Positions 1 through 9,926 of a stretch of DNA of 64,000 bases are shown one piece after another. The stretch covers positions 59,964 through 123,963 of the forward strand of contig VGES01000002.1 in NCBI GenBank assembly GCA_016869765.1, in the 5' to 3' direction. Position numbers and translations under genes: made by a program. The stretch is from Alphaproteobacteria bacterium (lineage in GTDB: Bacteria; Pseudomonadota; Alphaproteobacteria; SHVP01). Below the pieces are notes generated by a model. The model saw nothing but the letters and a program-made list of their open reading frames with translations, did not search any database and was not told where the DNA came from. Every line of letters begins with the position of its first letter. Position 1 is the first letter of the stretch.

Positions 1-1748
1 CCGATCAGGGGCGTCGAGATCGACTGATGCGCGCCGCCCTCGGGCGCCAGCGTCAGGCCCGACGGCGTCGCTACCAGCATGAAACGGGCATCTTGGTAAC
101 ACGCGTAGTTGAGCGCATCGAGGCCGCGCATGATGAACGGATCGTAGAGAGTCCCGATCGGCAACAACCGCCGGCCGAACAGCGACGCCGACAGGCCGGC
201 CGCCCCCAGGAACAGGAACAGGTTGTTCTCGGCAATCCCCAGTTCGAAGTGGTGGCCGCCGGAGGACATCGACCATTTCAGCGGCGACAGCACGTTCTCC
301 TGGCGGAACGCATCGGGGCGTTCGATTCGATCGAAGATTCCGCGATGGTTGATCCACGCCCCGAGGTTGGTCGAGACGGACACGTCGGGCGAGGCGGTGA
401 CGATGCTGGCGGCCAACGCGCTGTCGCCGCGCCCTAGCTCGTTGAGGATTCGACCGAACGCTTCCTGGGTTGCCATCGCTTTGCCAGTCGGCACCGGCAA
501 TCGGTCGGGCACCGCGACGCTCATCGCCTGGCGCACACGGTCGGGTCGCCGTGCAAACGGCACCGCCTTCAAGAACCGTTCGAGCACCGGCGGCGGCAGG
601 TCGAGTCCGGCGAAGAGATCCCACTCCGCGCCATCGTCGATCTTGAGGCGGCGACGGAACTCGGCCATTTGCTCCAGGGTCATGAGCCCCGCGTGATTGT
701 CCTTGTGGCCCGCGAACGGCAGGCCACGCCCCTTCACCGTGTAGGTAATGAAGCAGTTGGGTCGCTCGGGATCGGCCTGACGGAACCCTTGGAGGACGGA
801 TTCCATGTCGTGACCGGCCAAATCGGTCATCAAATCGTAAAGCGCCTGGTCGTCGTATTCGTCGAGCAGGGCTTTGATGCCAGCAACGTTGCCGATCTCG
901 TTTTTGAGATGCTCGCGAAAACCCTTGCCCCCCTTGTAGGTGAGCGCCGAGTAAAGCGAGTTCGGACAGTCGTCGATCCACTGGCGCAGGGCGTCGCCGC
1001 CGGGACGGCGGTAGGCGGCTTCGAGTTTCTTGCCGTACTTCAAGGTAATGACGTTCCACCCCGTGGTGCGGAAAATGTCGCCGAACCGGCCGAACAACCG
1101 GTCCGAGACCGTCGAGTCGAGGCTCTGACGGTTGTAGTCGATGAACCACCACAGGTTCCGCACGTCGTGCTTCCAGCCTTCGAGCATCGCCTCGAACACG
1201 TTGCCCTCGTCCAACTCGGCATCGCCCAGAAGCGCGATCATGCGTCCGGCCTCTTCTCCGAGCGGCAACTGCTTCTTGGTCACTAGGTAGTCCTGGATCA
1301 TCGACGCGAACAACGTCTGAGCGACTCCCAACCCGACCGATCCGGTGGAAAAGTCGACACCGTCGCTGTCCTTGGTGCGCGAGGGATAACTCTGGGCGCC
1401 CCCGAGGGCACGAAAGCGCTTGAGCTTGTCGACCGATTGACGGCCGAGGAGGTACATGATGGCGTGAAACACGGGGCTTGCATGCGGCTTCACCGCGACG
1501 CGGTCCTGCGCCTGCAACTCCTGGAAATAGAGCGCCGTCATCAGGGTGACGAGAGACGCGGAGGAGGCCTGGTGCCCGCCCACCTTCAACCCGTCCCGGT
1601 TCTCGCGGACATGGTTGGCGTGGTGAATGGTCCAGGTCGACAACCACAACACCTTCTGCTCGAGCGCCTTCAGCGCGGCGAAGTCGTCGGGACTGACCCC
1701 GGCGATCGTGTTGGCGGGCTGATGCGTACCGGAGTTCGAGGCGGTCAT
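1..1748 (-). CDS. aceE: Pyruvate/2-oxoacid dehydrogenase E1 component, homodimeric AceE type (partial; C-terminal part lies beyond window start)
   Basis: Minus-strand frame starting at ATG 1748 and running open to position 1. The translation (MTASNSGTHQPANTIAGVSPDDFAALKALEQKVLWLSTW...LKVGGHQASSASLVTLMTALYFQELQAQDRVAVKPHASPVFHAIMYLLGRQSVDKLKRFRALGG...) aligns with the E. coli AceE core (LELGGHMASFQSSATIYDVCFNHFFRA...GHISPGVYARAFLEGRLT). It is absent from the ORF track because it runs off the window edge. Confidence 0.7.
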   Translation of the reverse strand, partial: MTASNSGTHQPANTIAGVSPDDFAALKALEQKVLWLSTWTIHHANHVRENRDGLKVGGHQASSASLVTLMTALYFQELQAQDRVAVKPHASPVFHAIMYLLGRQSVDKLKRFRALGGAQSYPSRTKDSDGVDFSTGSVGLGVAQTLFASMIQDYLVTKKQLPLGEEAGRMIALLGDAELDEGNVFEAMLEGWKHDVRNLWWFIDYNRQSLDSTVSDRLFGRFGDIFRTTGWNVITLKYGKKLEAAYRRPGGDALRQWIDDCPNSLYSALTYKGGKGFREHLKNEIGNVAGIKALLDEYDDQALYDLMTDLAGHDMESVLQGFRQADPERPNCFITYTVKGRGLPFAGHKDNHAGLMTLEQMAEFRRRLKIDDGAEWDLFAGLDLPPPVLERFLKAVPFARRPDRVRQAMSVAVPDRLPVPTGKAMATQEAFGRILNELGRGDSALAASIVTASPDVSVSTNLGAWINHRGIFDRIERPDAFRQENVLSPLKWSMSSGGHHFELGIAENNLFLFLGAAGLSASLFGRRLLPIGTLYDPFIMRGLDALNYACYQDARFMLVATPSGLTLAPEGGAHQSISTPLI

Positions 1749-1871
1749 CGGCGGTTCCCTGGAAGGCCAGTGGATGCTACCAGCGCGGGACGGACAGGAG
1801 CTTGCGAACTTGCCGAATAGCAGCAAATTAGTGCAATATTTCGTCGTTTGTTACAGAATTGGCGCAATAAA

Positions 1872-2405
1872 ATGCCTATATTGAGCCTAGATACGACTGA
1901 TCTCCGAATCCTGGCGGCGCTGCAGGCGCGCGCGCGCCAAAGCAACGTTGAGCTGGCCGAGGCCGTCGGATTGTCGCAATCGGCGACGCTGCGCCGGGTT
2001 CGCGATCTCGAAGATCGGGGGACGCTGACGGGGTACGTCGCCCTGGTCGATCCTGCGGCGGTTGGCCTTGGCGTTTCCGTCATGGTCAACGTGTCGCTCG
2101 AACGTCAGGGCGAAACCACGCTCCAAGTGTTCGAAACCGCGATCCGCGGCTGGCCCGAGGTCATGGAGTGCTACCTGATGACCGGTGACGCCGACTACTT
2201 GCTACGGATCGTCGTCCCCGATCTGCCGGCCTACGAACGCTTCCTCATGGACCGCCTGACCCGCGTTCCCGGGGTCGCCAGCATCAAGTCGTCGTTTGCG
2301 CTGAAGCAGGTCGTTCACCGAACAGCTTTGCCGATGACGCACTTGGCGGATCGTCGTCCGCGGCGTCCACCGCTTGCAACCGCTGCGGGTCAGGCGACCA
2401 AATAA
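1872..2405 (+). CDS. Lrp/AsnC family transcriptional regulator
   Basis: N-terminus MPILSLDTTDLRILAALQARARQSNVELAEAVGLSQSATLRRVRDLE (helix-turn-helix) followed by an RAM-like C-terminal domain. Divergent to the E1 gene. An in-frame upstream ATG at 1848 is an alternative start. Confidence 0.85.
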   Translation: MPILSLDTTDLRILAALQARARQSNVELAEAVGLSQSATLRRVRDLEDRGTLTGYVALVDPAAVGLGVSVMVNVSLERQGETTLQVFETAIRGWPEVMECYLMTGDADYLLRIVVPDLPAYERFLMDRLTRVPGVASIKSSFALKQVVHRTALPMTHLADRRPRRPPLATAAGQATK

Positions 2406-3700
2406 TAGGCGACGCCGGCCGCAGCAGACCCGAGGAGCGTGGCCGGCATGCCGATGCGAAAGCGCAACAGAGCGAGAGACGCGGCCACGCACAACGACAA
2501 CGCCACCAGATCGACCGTGGCAATTGCCGGCCAATCGAAGCGCAAGCCGACGGGTGCTTCGATCGTGCGGACGACCCCGAAAACCGTGTGGAGGGCAAAC
2601 CACAGACTCAAATTGAGGATCACGCCGACGACGGCGGCGCTGATGGCGCCGAGCGCGCCATCGAGCCGCGGCCGCCCCCGCAACAGTTCGACGTAGGGGG
2701 CACCGACAAAGATCCAGAGGAAACTGGGTGCGAATGTGACGTAGATCGTGAGGACCGCGCCGAAGATGCCGGCGAGCCAGGGATCGACACCGGTGGCGCC
2801 GCGGAAGGCCGCGAGAAATCCGACGAATTGGTTGACGAGGATGAGCGGCCCAGGGGTGGTCTCCGCCAACGCCAGTCCATCGATCATTTCGCGCGGCGTC
2901 AGCCAGCCATAAACGTCGACGGCCTGTTGCGCGACATAAGAGAGAACCGCGTAGGCGCCCCCGAACGTCACCACCGCCATCACGGAGAAGAACCGCGCGA
3001 TGGCGCTGAACACGTGATCGACGCCGAGCACCGCCGTGATCGCCGCCACGGGGACCAACCACATCGCCAGCCAAAGCGTCGCGGTCTTGATCGTGTGAGG
3101 AACGTCGACCCTGATCGCGGGCGGCGGGATGCTCGTGCCAACGCCGAGAAGACCCGGGCGAAGCCGCGCCAGACCATAGCCAACGGCCCCGGCAGAAACC
3201 ACAATCCAAGGAAAGGGCACTTGGAAGAAATAGATCGCAGCGAAGCCAGCCGCGGCGATCGCGTAGTGCGTCGATGACTTGAGCGCGCGTCGCGCGATCC
3301 GCCATAGCGCCTCGGCGACCAAGGCCAGCACCGCCGCTTTGAGGCCGAAGAACGCGGCCTGCACCACCGGGACTTGGGCGTATCCCGCATAGAGGACGCT
3401 CAGCGCCAACACGACCAACGCACCCGGCAACACGAACAGGATGCCGGCCACGAGGCCGCCGCGTGTTCCGTGCAGCATCCAGCCGACGTAGGTCGCGAGT
3501 TGTTGCGCTTCCGGGCCCGGCAACAGCATGCAGAAATTGAGCGCATGCAAATACCGGGGCTCGTCGATCCACTTCTTCTCGTCGACGACCAGGCGATGCA
3601 TCAACGCGATCTGCCCGGCCGGACCACCGAAGCCCAGGCACCCGACCTTAAGCCACAGGCGCCAGGCTTCGGCGAACGGAACCGCGGATCGCTCGTTCAC
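2390..3700 (-). CDS. chrA: Chromate ion transporter ChrA (CHR family, two-domain)
   Basis: 436 aa with WLKVGCLGFGGPAGQIALMHRLVVDEKKWIDE and an internal duplication typical of long ChrA. Polytopic membrane protein. Confidence 0.85.
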   Translation of the reverse strand: MNERSAVPFAEAWRLWLKVGCLGFGGPAGQIALMHRLVVDEKKWIDEPRYLHALNFCMLLPGPEAQQLATYVGWMLHGTRGGLVAGILFVLPGALVVLALSVLYAGYAQVPVVQAAFFGLKAAVLALVAEALWRIARRALKSSTHYAIAAAGFAAIYFFQVPFPWIVVSAGAVGYGLARLRPGLLGVGTSIPPPAIRVDVPHTIKTATLWLAMWLVPVAAITAVLGVDHVFSAIARFFSVMAVVTFGGAYAVLSYVAQQAVDVYGWLTPREMIDGLALAETTPGPLILVNQFVGFLAAFRGATGVDPWLAGIFGAVLTIYVTFAPSFLWIFVGAPYVELLRGRPRLDGALGAISAAVVGVILNLSLWFALHTVFGVVRTIEAPVGLRFDWPAIATVDLVALSLCVAASLALLRFRIGMPATLLGSAAAGVAYYLVA

Positions 3701-4170
3701 GACACCGCGGCGGGCGCATAGGCGGCGTCAGTCCAAGTGTGGGTCTCACCCTTGGACTGACGCAGCCAGGCGTAGAGCGCGTCGTAGATGACCATTCCGC
3801 GTGACAGCATCGCATAGTCGCTGCGATAAAGCGTGGACAGGCCGAGCGACACGGCGAGCAATCCGGCCGATTGCGGCGTCAGTTCGAGCGCCCCGGTGTC
3901 GGCACCGCGCACGATCCTGGCCAACTCGTGCAGCGCCGGGTCGCTCAAGTTGTAGTACGCGAGGAACGCATCGAACGAACAATGCGACCCGTGATGCGAC
4001 ATGGCGACATCGGGAACGTCGAACGGTATTGCTCCCGTTTCCCTGGCCGTCGCCAGCACACGCTCGGCCGGCACGAACAGGAATTCCGGGACGCGATCGA
4101 TGAAACGCGCGATCAACCACGGACAAGCGATACGATCGATCTTGGGACGCTCGCGAGTAACCCACTTCAT
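3697..4170 (-). CDS. ChrB C-terminal-domain-like chromate resistance accessory protein (short form)
   Basis: KIDRIACPWLIARFID motif. Sits immediately upstream of chrA on the same strand with a 4-bp overlap. The start is set at the MKWVTRERPK Met; the ORF-track start at 4206 is the alternative. Confidence 0.5.
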   Translation of the reverse strand: MKWVTRERPKIDRIACPWLIARFIDRVPEFLFVPAERVLATARETGAIPFDVPDVAMSHHGSHCSFDAFLAYYNLSDPALHELARIVRGADTGALELTPQSAGLLAVSLGLSTLYRSDYAMLSRGMVIYDALYAWLRQSKGETHTWTDAAYAPAAVS

Positions 4171-4390
4171 GGATTTCTCCCTCTCGGTCCCGCCGAAACA
4201 GCCCATGCCGGACGCGCCGTGCCGAGCCGCCCCGTGCGGGGTGGTTCAGGCAGCGCTTGGACGGATCGCCGTCTTGGGAAGACCGGGCGGCTGCCGCCAG
4301 CCCGATCGGGGGTACGTTAGCACTCTGCATCGAGCCGCGAAAGGCCCGTCGCCGCGCGGCGCACCGGTGACTCGGCTACACTCGCCGCCC

Positions 4391-5404
4391 ATGTCAACCC
4401 GCCTTCCTCTCACCTACGCCGGTTGCGACTACTGGGATCGAACTCGGTCACTGATGGACGGCTCCGTCCGGCCGGCTGGGCTCGAACTCACCTTCATCAC
4501 CGGCTACCCACGCGATCTCTTCCGGCGCATGGCGCAATACGCCGAGTTCGACGCCAGCGAGATGTCGCTCTCGACCTACATTGCGATGATCGCCCGCGGC
4601 GATCGCCGGTTTGTCGCCATCCCCGTGTTTCCCTCGCGCAACTTCCGCCACGGTTACATCTTCGTGAACCGCCGCGCCGGCATCACGCGACCCGAGGACT
4701 TGAAGGGCAAGCGAATCGGGGTGCCCGAATACCAGATGACGGCGGCGCTGTGGATTCGTGGCTTCTTGCAACACGACCATGGCATCGCCCCGCGTGACAT
4801 GACGTGGTTCACGGGCGCCATGGACGAACACGGCTTCGACGAACGCTATGCGCTGTCGCTGCCGACCGACGTGCGCCTGACTACGATCGGGCGCGGGGAG
4901 ACGCTGGAGGCGATGCTCGAGTCAGGCGCGATCGATGCCTTGATCATGGCGGCGCGTCCAAAATTGGCGGGCCAGTCGGACACCGCGATCGCCCGTCTGT
5001 TTCCCGACTTCCCGAGGGTCGAGCAGGACTATTACCGGCGAACCGGACTGTTCCCGATCATGCACACGGTCGTGGTCCGGCGCGATCTCTACGAGCGCCA
5101 CCCGTGGATCGCAACCAGCCTGTTCGAGGCCTTCGAACTCGCCAAGCGTGAGGGCCGGGCTCGCATCCGAATCACCGGACCGCTCGCCGTCGCCCTGCCC
5201 TGGCTACCGGCCCATCTTGAAGAGGTCGAAGCGACGTTCGGCGGCCACGACCCGTGGGTCTATGGGATCGAGCCCAACCGGTCGGTGCTTGAAACGATGG
5301 TCCGTTACTCGGTCGAACAGGGGCTGGCGACCCGTGCGGTCGGCCTCGATGAATTGTTCGCGCGTGAGACCTTCGTGCCCCCGGCGATCGGACGCGTCGC
5401 TTAA
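4391..5404 (+). CDS. NMT1/THI5-like (SsuA-like periplasmic-binding fold) protein; members are often annotated 4,5-dihydroxyphthalate decarboxylase-like
   Basis: MSTRLPLTYAGCDYWDRTRSLMDG...KGKRIGVPEYQMTAALWIRGFL. ATG at 4391 is in frame with the longer track ORF. The upstream part of the track ORF overlaps chrB on the other strand and is likely untranslated. Confidence 0.55.
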   Translation: MSTRLPLTYAGCDYWDRTRSLMDGSVRPAGLELTFITGYPRDLFRRMAQYAEFDASEMSLSTYIAMIARGDRRFVAIPVFPSRNFRHGYIFVNRRAGITRPEDLKGKRIGVPEYQMTAALWIRGFLQHDHGIAPRDMTWFTGAMDEHGFDERYALSLPTDVRLTTIGRGETLEAMLESGAIDALIMAARPKLAGQSDTAIARLFPDFPRVEQDYYRRTGLFPIMHTVVVRRDLYERHPWIATSLFEAFELAKREGRARIRITGPLAVALPWLPAHLEEVEATFGGHDPWVYGIEPNRSVLETMVRYSVEQGLATRAVGLDELFARETFVPPAIGRVA

Positions 5405-6414
5405 GCGGCGATCAGCACCCAGGCGTATCCATCCGGCGCCACGCAGCGGAACGCCGGAGCGCCGAACTCGTCGGTGACGATCCCGCCGACCTCGCCGGTG
5501 CTTCCTCTCACCTTCTCGTGCATTTCCGCGATCGGACGCACCAGCGCGGTGTAGAGCACGAGCCCGAGGTTGCCGGGCCCCGACAGTTGCCGGCGGTCGG
5601 CCACCGAGCGACCTTCGAGAAAGCGAATGATCTTGAGCCTCCCGGAGCGGCGTGTGGCGAGCGTGTCTCCCGAGCGCGGATCGTCGAAGTCGATGACGTG
5701 GAAATTCTCTCCCGGCGCGAGATCGAAAATCTTCTTGCCGCCGACGGCACGATCCCCGACCGCCTCGGCCTCTGAGGCTCGTTTCATGCCGAGGACCTGA
5801 TCGTAGAACGTCAGCGCTTTTCTCGAATCATCCTGGTGCACCAGACAAACATGCGTGAACTGGCTGGTTTCGAACAGCGACTGGCGATCGATCTGCCCAT
5901 ACGCCGGCATCTCGTAACCGACGAGTTCGATGAACACGCGCCGCCAATAAGGCTCCATCACCGTCATCTCGCGAACACCGGCGATTGGCTCGAGAAACGG
6001 TTGCAGGCGGTCGGGCGGCGCAAACGGGACGAAGAATGGCGCCACGCCCGTGATCGGCCCGCCCTTGGCGCGAGCCAGTTCGACGTGATCGAAAAGGCGC
6101 GTCATGTTGAGTGTCTTCGTCCCGACCCAGCGCGATCCCAGCCCACGAAACGGCGCCTGCGCCAGCCCGGGCCCAAGACGCTGCCGCCAAGACATGAGGC
6201 GGACGAGCCCATGGTCCGAGGTTTGGTGGCCCAAACGAACGGACTCGAGATCGGCATCGACACCGTAGAGCGCTCGCGACGCGGCCGAATCGATCCGACC
6301 GCTCCGGGCGACCCGATAGCCGAAGCGTTGCCAATAGCGGATGCCCTCGATCAGGTCGGGGACGGCGAACACGGCCTCGTAGATGCCGCCAACAATCGAC
6401 GGGTCGCTACTCAT
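5401..6414 (-). CDS. VOC (glyoxalase/bleomycin-resistance/dioxygenase) family protein, two-module
   Basis: MSSDPSIVGGIYEAVFAVPDL... and ...FTHVCLVHQDDSRKALTFYDQVLGMK give two beta-alpha-beta-beta-beta modules. The Arg/Ser-rich N-terminal extension in the track ORF (start 6786) is judged spurious. Confidence 0.6.
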   Translation of the reverse strand: MSSDPSIVGGIYEAVFAVPDLIEGIRYWQRFGYRVARSGRIDSAASRALYGVDADLESVRLGHQTSDHGLVRLMSWRQRLGPGLAQAPFRGLGSRWVGTKTLNMTRLFDHVELARAKGGPITGVAPFFVPFAPPDRLQPFLEPIAGVREMTVMEPYWRRVFIELVGYEMPAYGQIDRQSLFETSQFTHVCLVHQDDSRKALTFYDQVLGMKRASEAEAVGDRAVGGKKIFDLAPGENFHVIDFDDPRSGDTLATRRSGRLKIIRFLEGRSVADRRQLSGPGNLGLVLYTALVRPIAEMHEKVRGSTGEVGGIVTDEFGAPAFRCVAPDGYAWVLIAA

Positions 6415-6454
6415 CCTCCACCCCTCACATCCGGCCGCCTCGCACGCGCCGCTG

Positions 6455-7840
6455 TCAACCCGGCACACTGAGCGCCCGGTCGATTCCAAGCGCGTAATAG
6501 ACCAGAAATTCGTCTTCCCCGCTCGCGGCTGCGACCTGAATCGAAGTCGGTAGCCCTTTGGCATCGACGCCGCTGGGAAACGCAAATCCCGGTAGATTGA
6601 AAAAATTTCCGAGCGCGGTGTTGCGCAGAACCAGGGCGTTGGTCGCCATGAACCGCTCCTCGTCGGCTTCCAAGGGCCCGAGTTCCGGGGCGACGATCGC
6701 AACCGTCGGCAGGGCGAGAAACCGCGGCCCTTTGAGGAGCGCGTTGACGTCGCTCTGGAGGCGCTTGCGCGCCTCACGGATGGCAATGAACGCCGCGGCG
6801 CTGATCCCGCGTCCGGCCTCGATGCGTCGCACGATGCGGCGGTCCATCTTCGCCCGGGATGGACCGTCGATCTTCTCTTGATGCAGGTAGAACGCCTCGA
6901 TCGGGGTGATCGCTCCGTATTTCGCCGTCAACCCGTTGAGCGCGTCGAACGCCGGGATTGGGCGCCGCTCGATTGCCACGCCGGTCCGGGCGAGCCGCTC
7001 AAGGGCGCGCTCGAAGTTCTCGACGACCGCCGCCTCCGCCTGCTCGAACACGACGTTCTGCGGCACCACCAACGTCATGTCGTGGAGTCCCGCCGCCCGA
7101 GGCACGACCACGAGATCCCGTCGCAGGGCGCGCTCCAACAACACACAGTCGGCCGCCGAGCGGGCGATCGGTCCGACGACATCGAGCGTGAGCGACAGCG
7201 GTTGTACCCCCGCCGTCGGAACGCGCCCCTCCGAGGGCTTGTAGCCGACGAGTCCGTTGAATGCGGCAGGAATTCGGATCGATCCGCCCGTGTCCGTCCC
7301 GACGGCGATCGGCACCAGACCGGCCGCGACGGCCACGGCCGAACCGGACGACGATCCGCCCGGTGCGCGCGAGCGGTCGACCGGATTCTGGGGTGTTCCG
7401 TAGTGTGGATTGGCGCCGATCCCGGAGAAGGCGAACTCGGACAGATTGGTCTTACCGAGCGTGACCAGGCCAGCGGCGGCGGCGTTAGCGACCACGGCGG
7501 CATCCGTCGCCGCTGGCGGACGATCCCGGTAGAGCGCCGAACCGCACGTCGTCGTCGTGCCCGCGATGTCGATCAGGTCCTTCCACACCAAGGGCACGCC
7601 GTCGAGCGGTCCTCGGGAATGGCCTTCGACGTAACGGGCGGCGCTGGCCCGGGCCTCGGCGCGGGCTCGTTCGGCGGTCGTCGTGATGCACACGCTCGGG
7701 TCCGGATGGCGCGCCAGGCGATCGAGAAAGAACTCCGTGACTTCGACGGCATCGAGCTTGCGCTCGAGAAGGGCGCGGCCGATCGCAGCGGCCGTCATGA
7801 CGGAAAGATCGGGAGACCCAGACACAGGATGTACTCGCAT
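6455..7840 (-). CDS. Amidase (amidase-signature family)
   Basis: Amidase-signature region GGSSSGSAVAVAAGLVPIAVGTDTGGSIRIPAAFNGLVGYKPSEGRV. An alternative start lies at the MTAAAIG Met (7798). Confidence 0.85.
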   Translation of the reverse strand: MRVHPVSGSPDLSVMTAAAIGRALLERKLDAVEVTEFFLDRLARHPDPSVCITTTAERARAEARASAARYVEGHSRGPLDGVPLVWKDLIDIAGTTTTCGSALYRDRPPAATDAAVVANAAAAGLVTLGKTNLSEFAFSGIGANPHYGTPQNPVDRSRAPGGSSSGSAVAVAAGLVPIAVGTDTGGSIRIPAAFNGLVGYKPSEGRVPTAGVQPLSLTLDVVGPIARSAADCVLLERALRRDLVVVPRAAGLHDMTLVVPQNVVFEQAEAAVVENFERALERLARTGVAIERRPIPAFDALNGLTAKYGAITPIEAFYLHQEKIDGPSRAKMDRRIVRRIEAGRGISAAAFIAIREARKRLQSDVNALLKGPRFLALPTVAIVAPELGPLEADEERFMATNALVLRNTALGNFFNLPGFAFPSGVDAKGLPTSIQVAAASGEDEFLVYYALGIDRALSVPG

Positions 7841-7967
7841 AAGGGGCAGGGCCGGGATCGGACGATCCGACGGCGCACTCTAGCATGCCGTCGCCCAGCA
7901 GCAGCCGCTCGCGCTAGGATCGGATGTTGCGCCGCTCCCGCGGCAACCCCAACCAGATAGGTGTCTC

Positions 7968-8291
7968 ATGGTTATCGATTTTCGCGCGTACACGTTTCGT
8001 CCGGGTGGCGTGCCCACGTTTCTCGAACTCGCCGAGCGCGAGGGCGTGCCAACCCAGAAGCGCCACCTCGGCAACTTCATCGGCATGTTTCGGACCGAAT
8101 TCGGCGACATCAATCAGGTGATCCACATGTGGGGATACGAGAGCGTGGCCGAGCGCGAGCGCCGACGGGCCCTGTGTGCGGCCGATCCCGCGTTTCAGGC
8201 GTACGGCAAGAAAGCGCGGGAATTGATCGTCGCTCAGGAAGTGCGACTCCTCGTCCCGACCGCGTTCTCTCCCGATCTCGGCAAACTCTAG
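7968..8291 (+). CDS. NIPSNAP family protein
   Basis: 107 aa, MVIDFRAYTFRPGGVPTFLELAE...INQVIHMWGYESVAERERRR (dimeric alpha/beta barrel NIPSNAP signature). Confidence 0.8.
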   Translation: MVIDFRAYTFRPGGVPTFLELAEREGVPTQKRHLGNFIGMFRTEFGDINQVIHMWGYESVAERERRRALCAADPAFQAYGKKARELIVAQEVRLLVPTAFSPDLGKL

Positions 8292-8372
8292 GATAGGCTG
8301 TCGCGCCGCCCTTTTCCGGCCGCCGCTCCGCGGCGACCGATCACTACAATTCCGTGAGGAGACGGACGAATC

Positions 8373-9038
8373 ATGAAGCTCGTTTTCACGCCCAACCCCG
8401 AATACATCCACAAGGTCCTGGTCGCGGCCTATGAGGCGGGCGTCCTCGATCGACTGCACATGGAGCGCCAGGTGCCCTTCGACGAAGACACCGGCATCTG
8501 GCGCTACAACCCGCTCGGCAAGGTGCCGTCGTTCATCATGGACAACGGCAAACCGCTGTTCGGCGGCTTGGTCATTTGCGAATACCTCGACTCCTTCAAC
8601 AAGAAGGCGCCGCTGTTCCCGAGGGACGAGACACGCTGGCAGGTGTTGCGTCAGATGATCACCGGCGACGGCATCTTCGACGCGACGACGCTGATCCGCG
8701 TCGAAAGCTGGCGCGACCGCAGCGTGTGGAATATCAAATACATGTTGCGGGAGCGCCGTAAGGTCATGGGCGCCCTGCGCCTCCTCGAGGAGGACGCCAA
8801 AGAGTGGGTGCGTCAGCCCGACGTGTTCCACATCGGCCACGTTTGCACCGCCGGCGCGCTTTCGTACCTCGCTTTGCGCAATCCGATTCTCGACTGCAAG
8901 CTGGAGCCGGGCGATGAGAGCTTCGACTGGCGCAAGGCATCACCGACGCTCGCGACCTGGTTCGACAAGATCGTTCAGCGTCCGTCGATGAAGTTCCGAC
9001 TGTCCAAGGAGGACATCGGCCAGTATCCGAAGAAGTGA
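8373..9038 (+). CDS. Glutathione S-transferase family protein
   Basis: GST N-terminal thioredoxin fold (PLGKVPSFIMDNGKPLFGGLVICEYL) and C-terminal helical domain. GAGGAG ribosome-binding site upstream. Confidence 0.8.
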   Translation: MKLVFTPNPEYIHKVLVAAYEAGVLDRLHMERQVPFDEDTGIWRYNPLGKVPSFIMDNGKPLFGGLVICEYLDSFNKKAPLFPRDETRWQVLRQMITGDGIFDATTLIRVESWRDRSVWNIKYMLRERRKVMGALRLLEEDAKEWVRQPDVFHIGHVCTAGALSYLALRNPILDCKLEPGDESFDWRKASPTLATWFDKIVQRPSMKFRLSKEDIGQYPKK

Positions 9039-9054
9039 CGAGGTCCCTGGCAGG

Positions 9055-9077
9055 GGCGCCGCTGACGCGGCGGCGCC
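9055..9077. terminator. GC-rich imperfect hairpin at convergent GST/SDR junction (possible bidirectional terminator, no U-tract)
   Basis: GGCGCCGC-tgac-GCGG(CGG)CGCC between stop codons 9038 (+) and 9077 (-). Confidence 0.25.
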
Positions 9078-9868
9078 TAGGCCAGGTCCTTGGTCCAGCC
9101 GCCGTCGACCGTGATGGAGCGCCCGGTCATGTAGCTCGCGGCATCCGAACACATGAACACGATGGGTCGCGCCATCTCGATCGCTTCGGCGACGCGACCC
9201 ATCGGAATTTGATCCATGAAGCGGCGCTCCATCTCCTTGGCGCTGTATTTCGTATCTCGCGCCAGGCCTTGCATCAAACGGTCCCAGTGTTCGGTTCGCG
9301 TCGGGCCGGGCTGAAGCGCGTTGATGACGATGCCAAAGCGCATCACCTCTTCGGACAGCCCCTTGGTGAACGACAGGAGCGCGGCATTCGTCGCGGAGCC
9401 CGGGAGCAGGCGCGGATGAGGCTGTCGCCCAGTGTTGCCCGTGACATTGACGATACGACCGTAGCGTTGGCGACGCATCGCCGGCAGCACTGCGCGGACC
9501 ATGCGCACGGCGCCGAGGAATTTGAGCTGGATGGCGCTCTCCCAAGTGGCCTCACCGATCTCCCAAAAAACACCGCCCTGCGAAGAGCCGGCGGAATTGA
9601 TCAGGATATCGATACGACCGAATTGCTCGAGAGTCCGGGCGGCGACCTCCTCCGCCGGGCCGGGCTTCGACATATCGGCGGCAACGCAGGCAACGTCGGT
9701 GCCATAGGCCCGCGACAGCCGCGCGGCGAGTTTCTCGAGCGCCTTGAGCCGCCGCGACACCAGGACGACCTTGGTCCCTTCCTCGGCGAGCAGTTCGGCG
9801 CATGCTGCGCCGATCCCTTTGCTCGCGCCCGTCACGATCGCGATCTTTCCGCGCAACCCGAGATCCAT
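9077..9868 (-). CDS. SDR family oxidoreductase
   Basis: GKIAIVTGASKGIG Rossmann motif; NSAG; YxxxK (YSAKE). Confidence 0.85.
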   Translation of the reverse strand: MDLGLRGKIAIVTGASKGIGAACAELLAEEGTKVVLVSRRLKALEKLAARLSRAYGTDVACVAADMSKPGPAEEVAARTLEQFGRIDILINSAGSSQGGVFWEIGEATWESAIQLKFLGAVRMVRAVLPAMRRQRYGRIVNVTGNTGRQPHPRLLPGSATNAALLSFTKGLSEEVMRFGIVINALQPGPTRTEHWDRLMQGLARDTKYSAKEMERRFMDQIPMGRVAEAIEMARPIVFMCSDAASYMTGRSITVDGGWTKDLA

Positions 9869-9926
9869 GGAAATCACCCTACAACTTGCACGATCGGCGG
9901 GCTTTGCCGATGATGCCGCACACCTT

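Noticed and set aside
27-1286. Plus-strand ORFs 27-437, 223-696, 669-1286
   Set aside because: All lie antisense to the well-supported AceE-type E1 coding region and lack motifs.
2202-3641. 479-aa Arg-rich ORF overlapping chrA in another frame
   Set aside because: An alternative frame of the same strand as ChrA. ChrA has clear family motifs, while this frame is compositionally biased with none.
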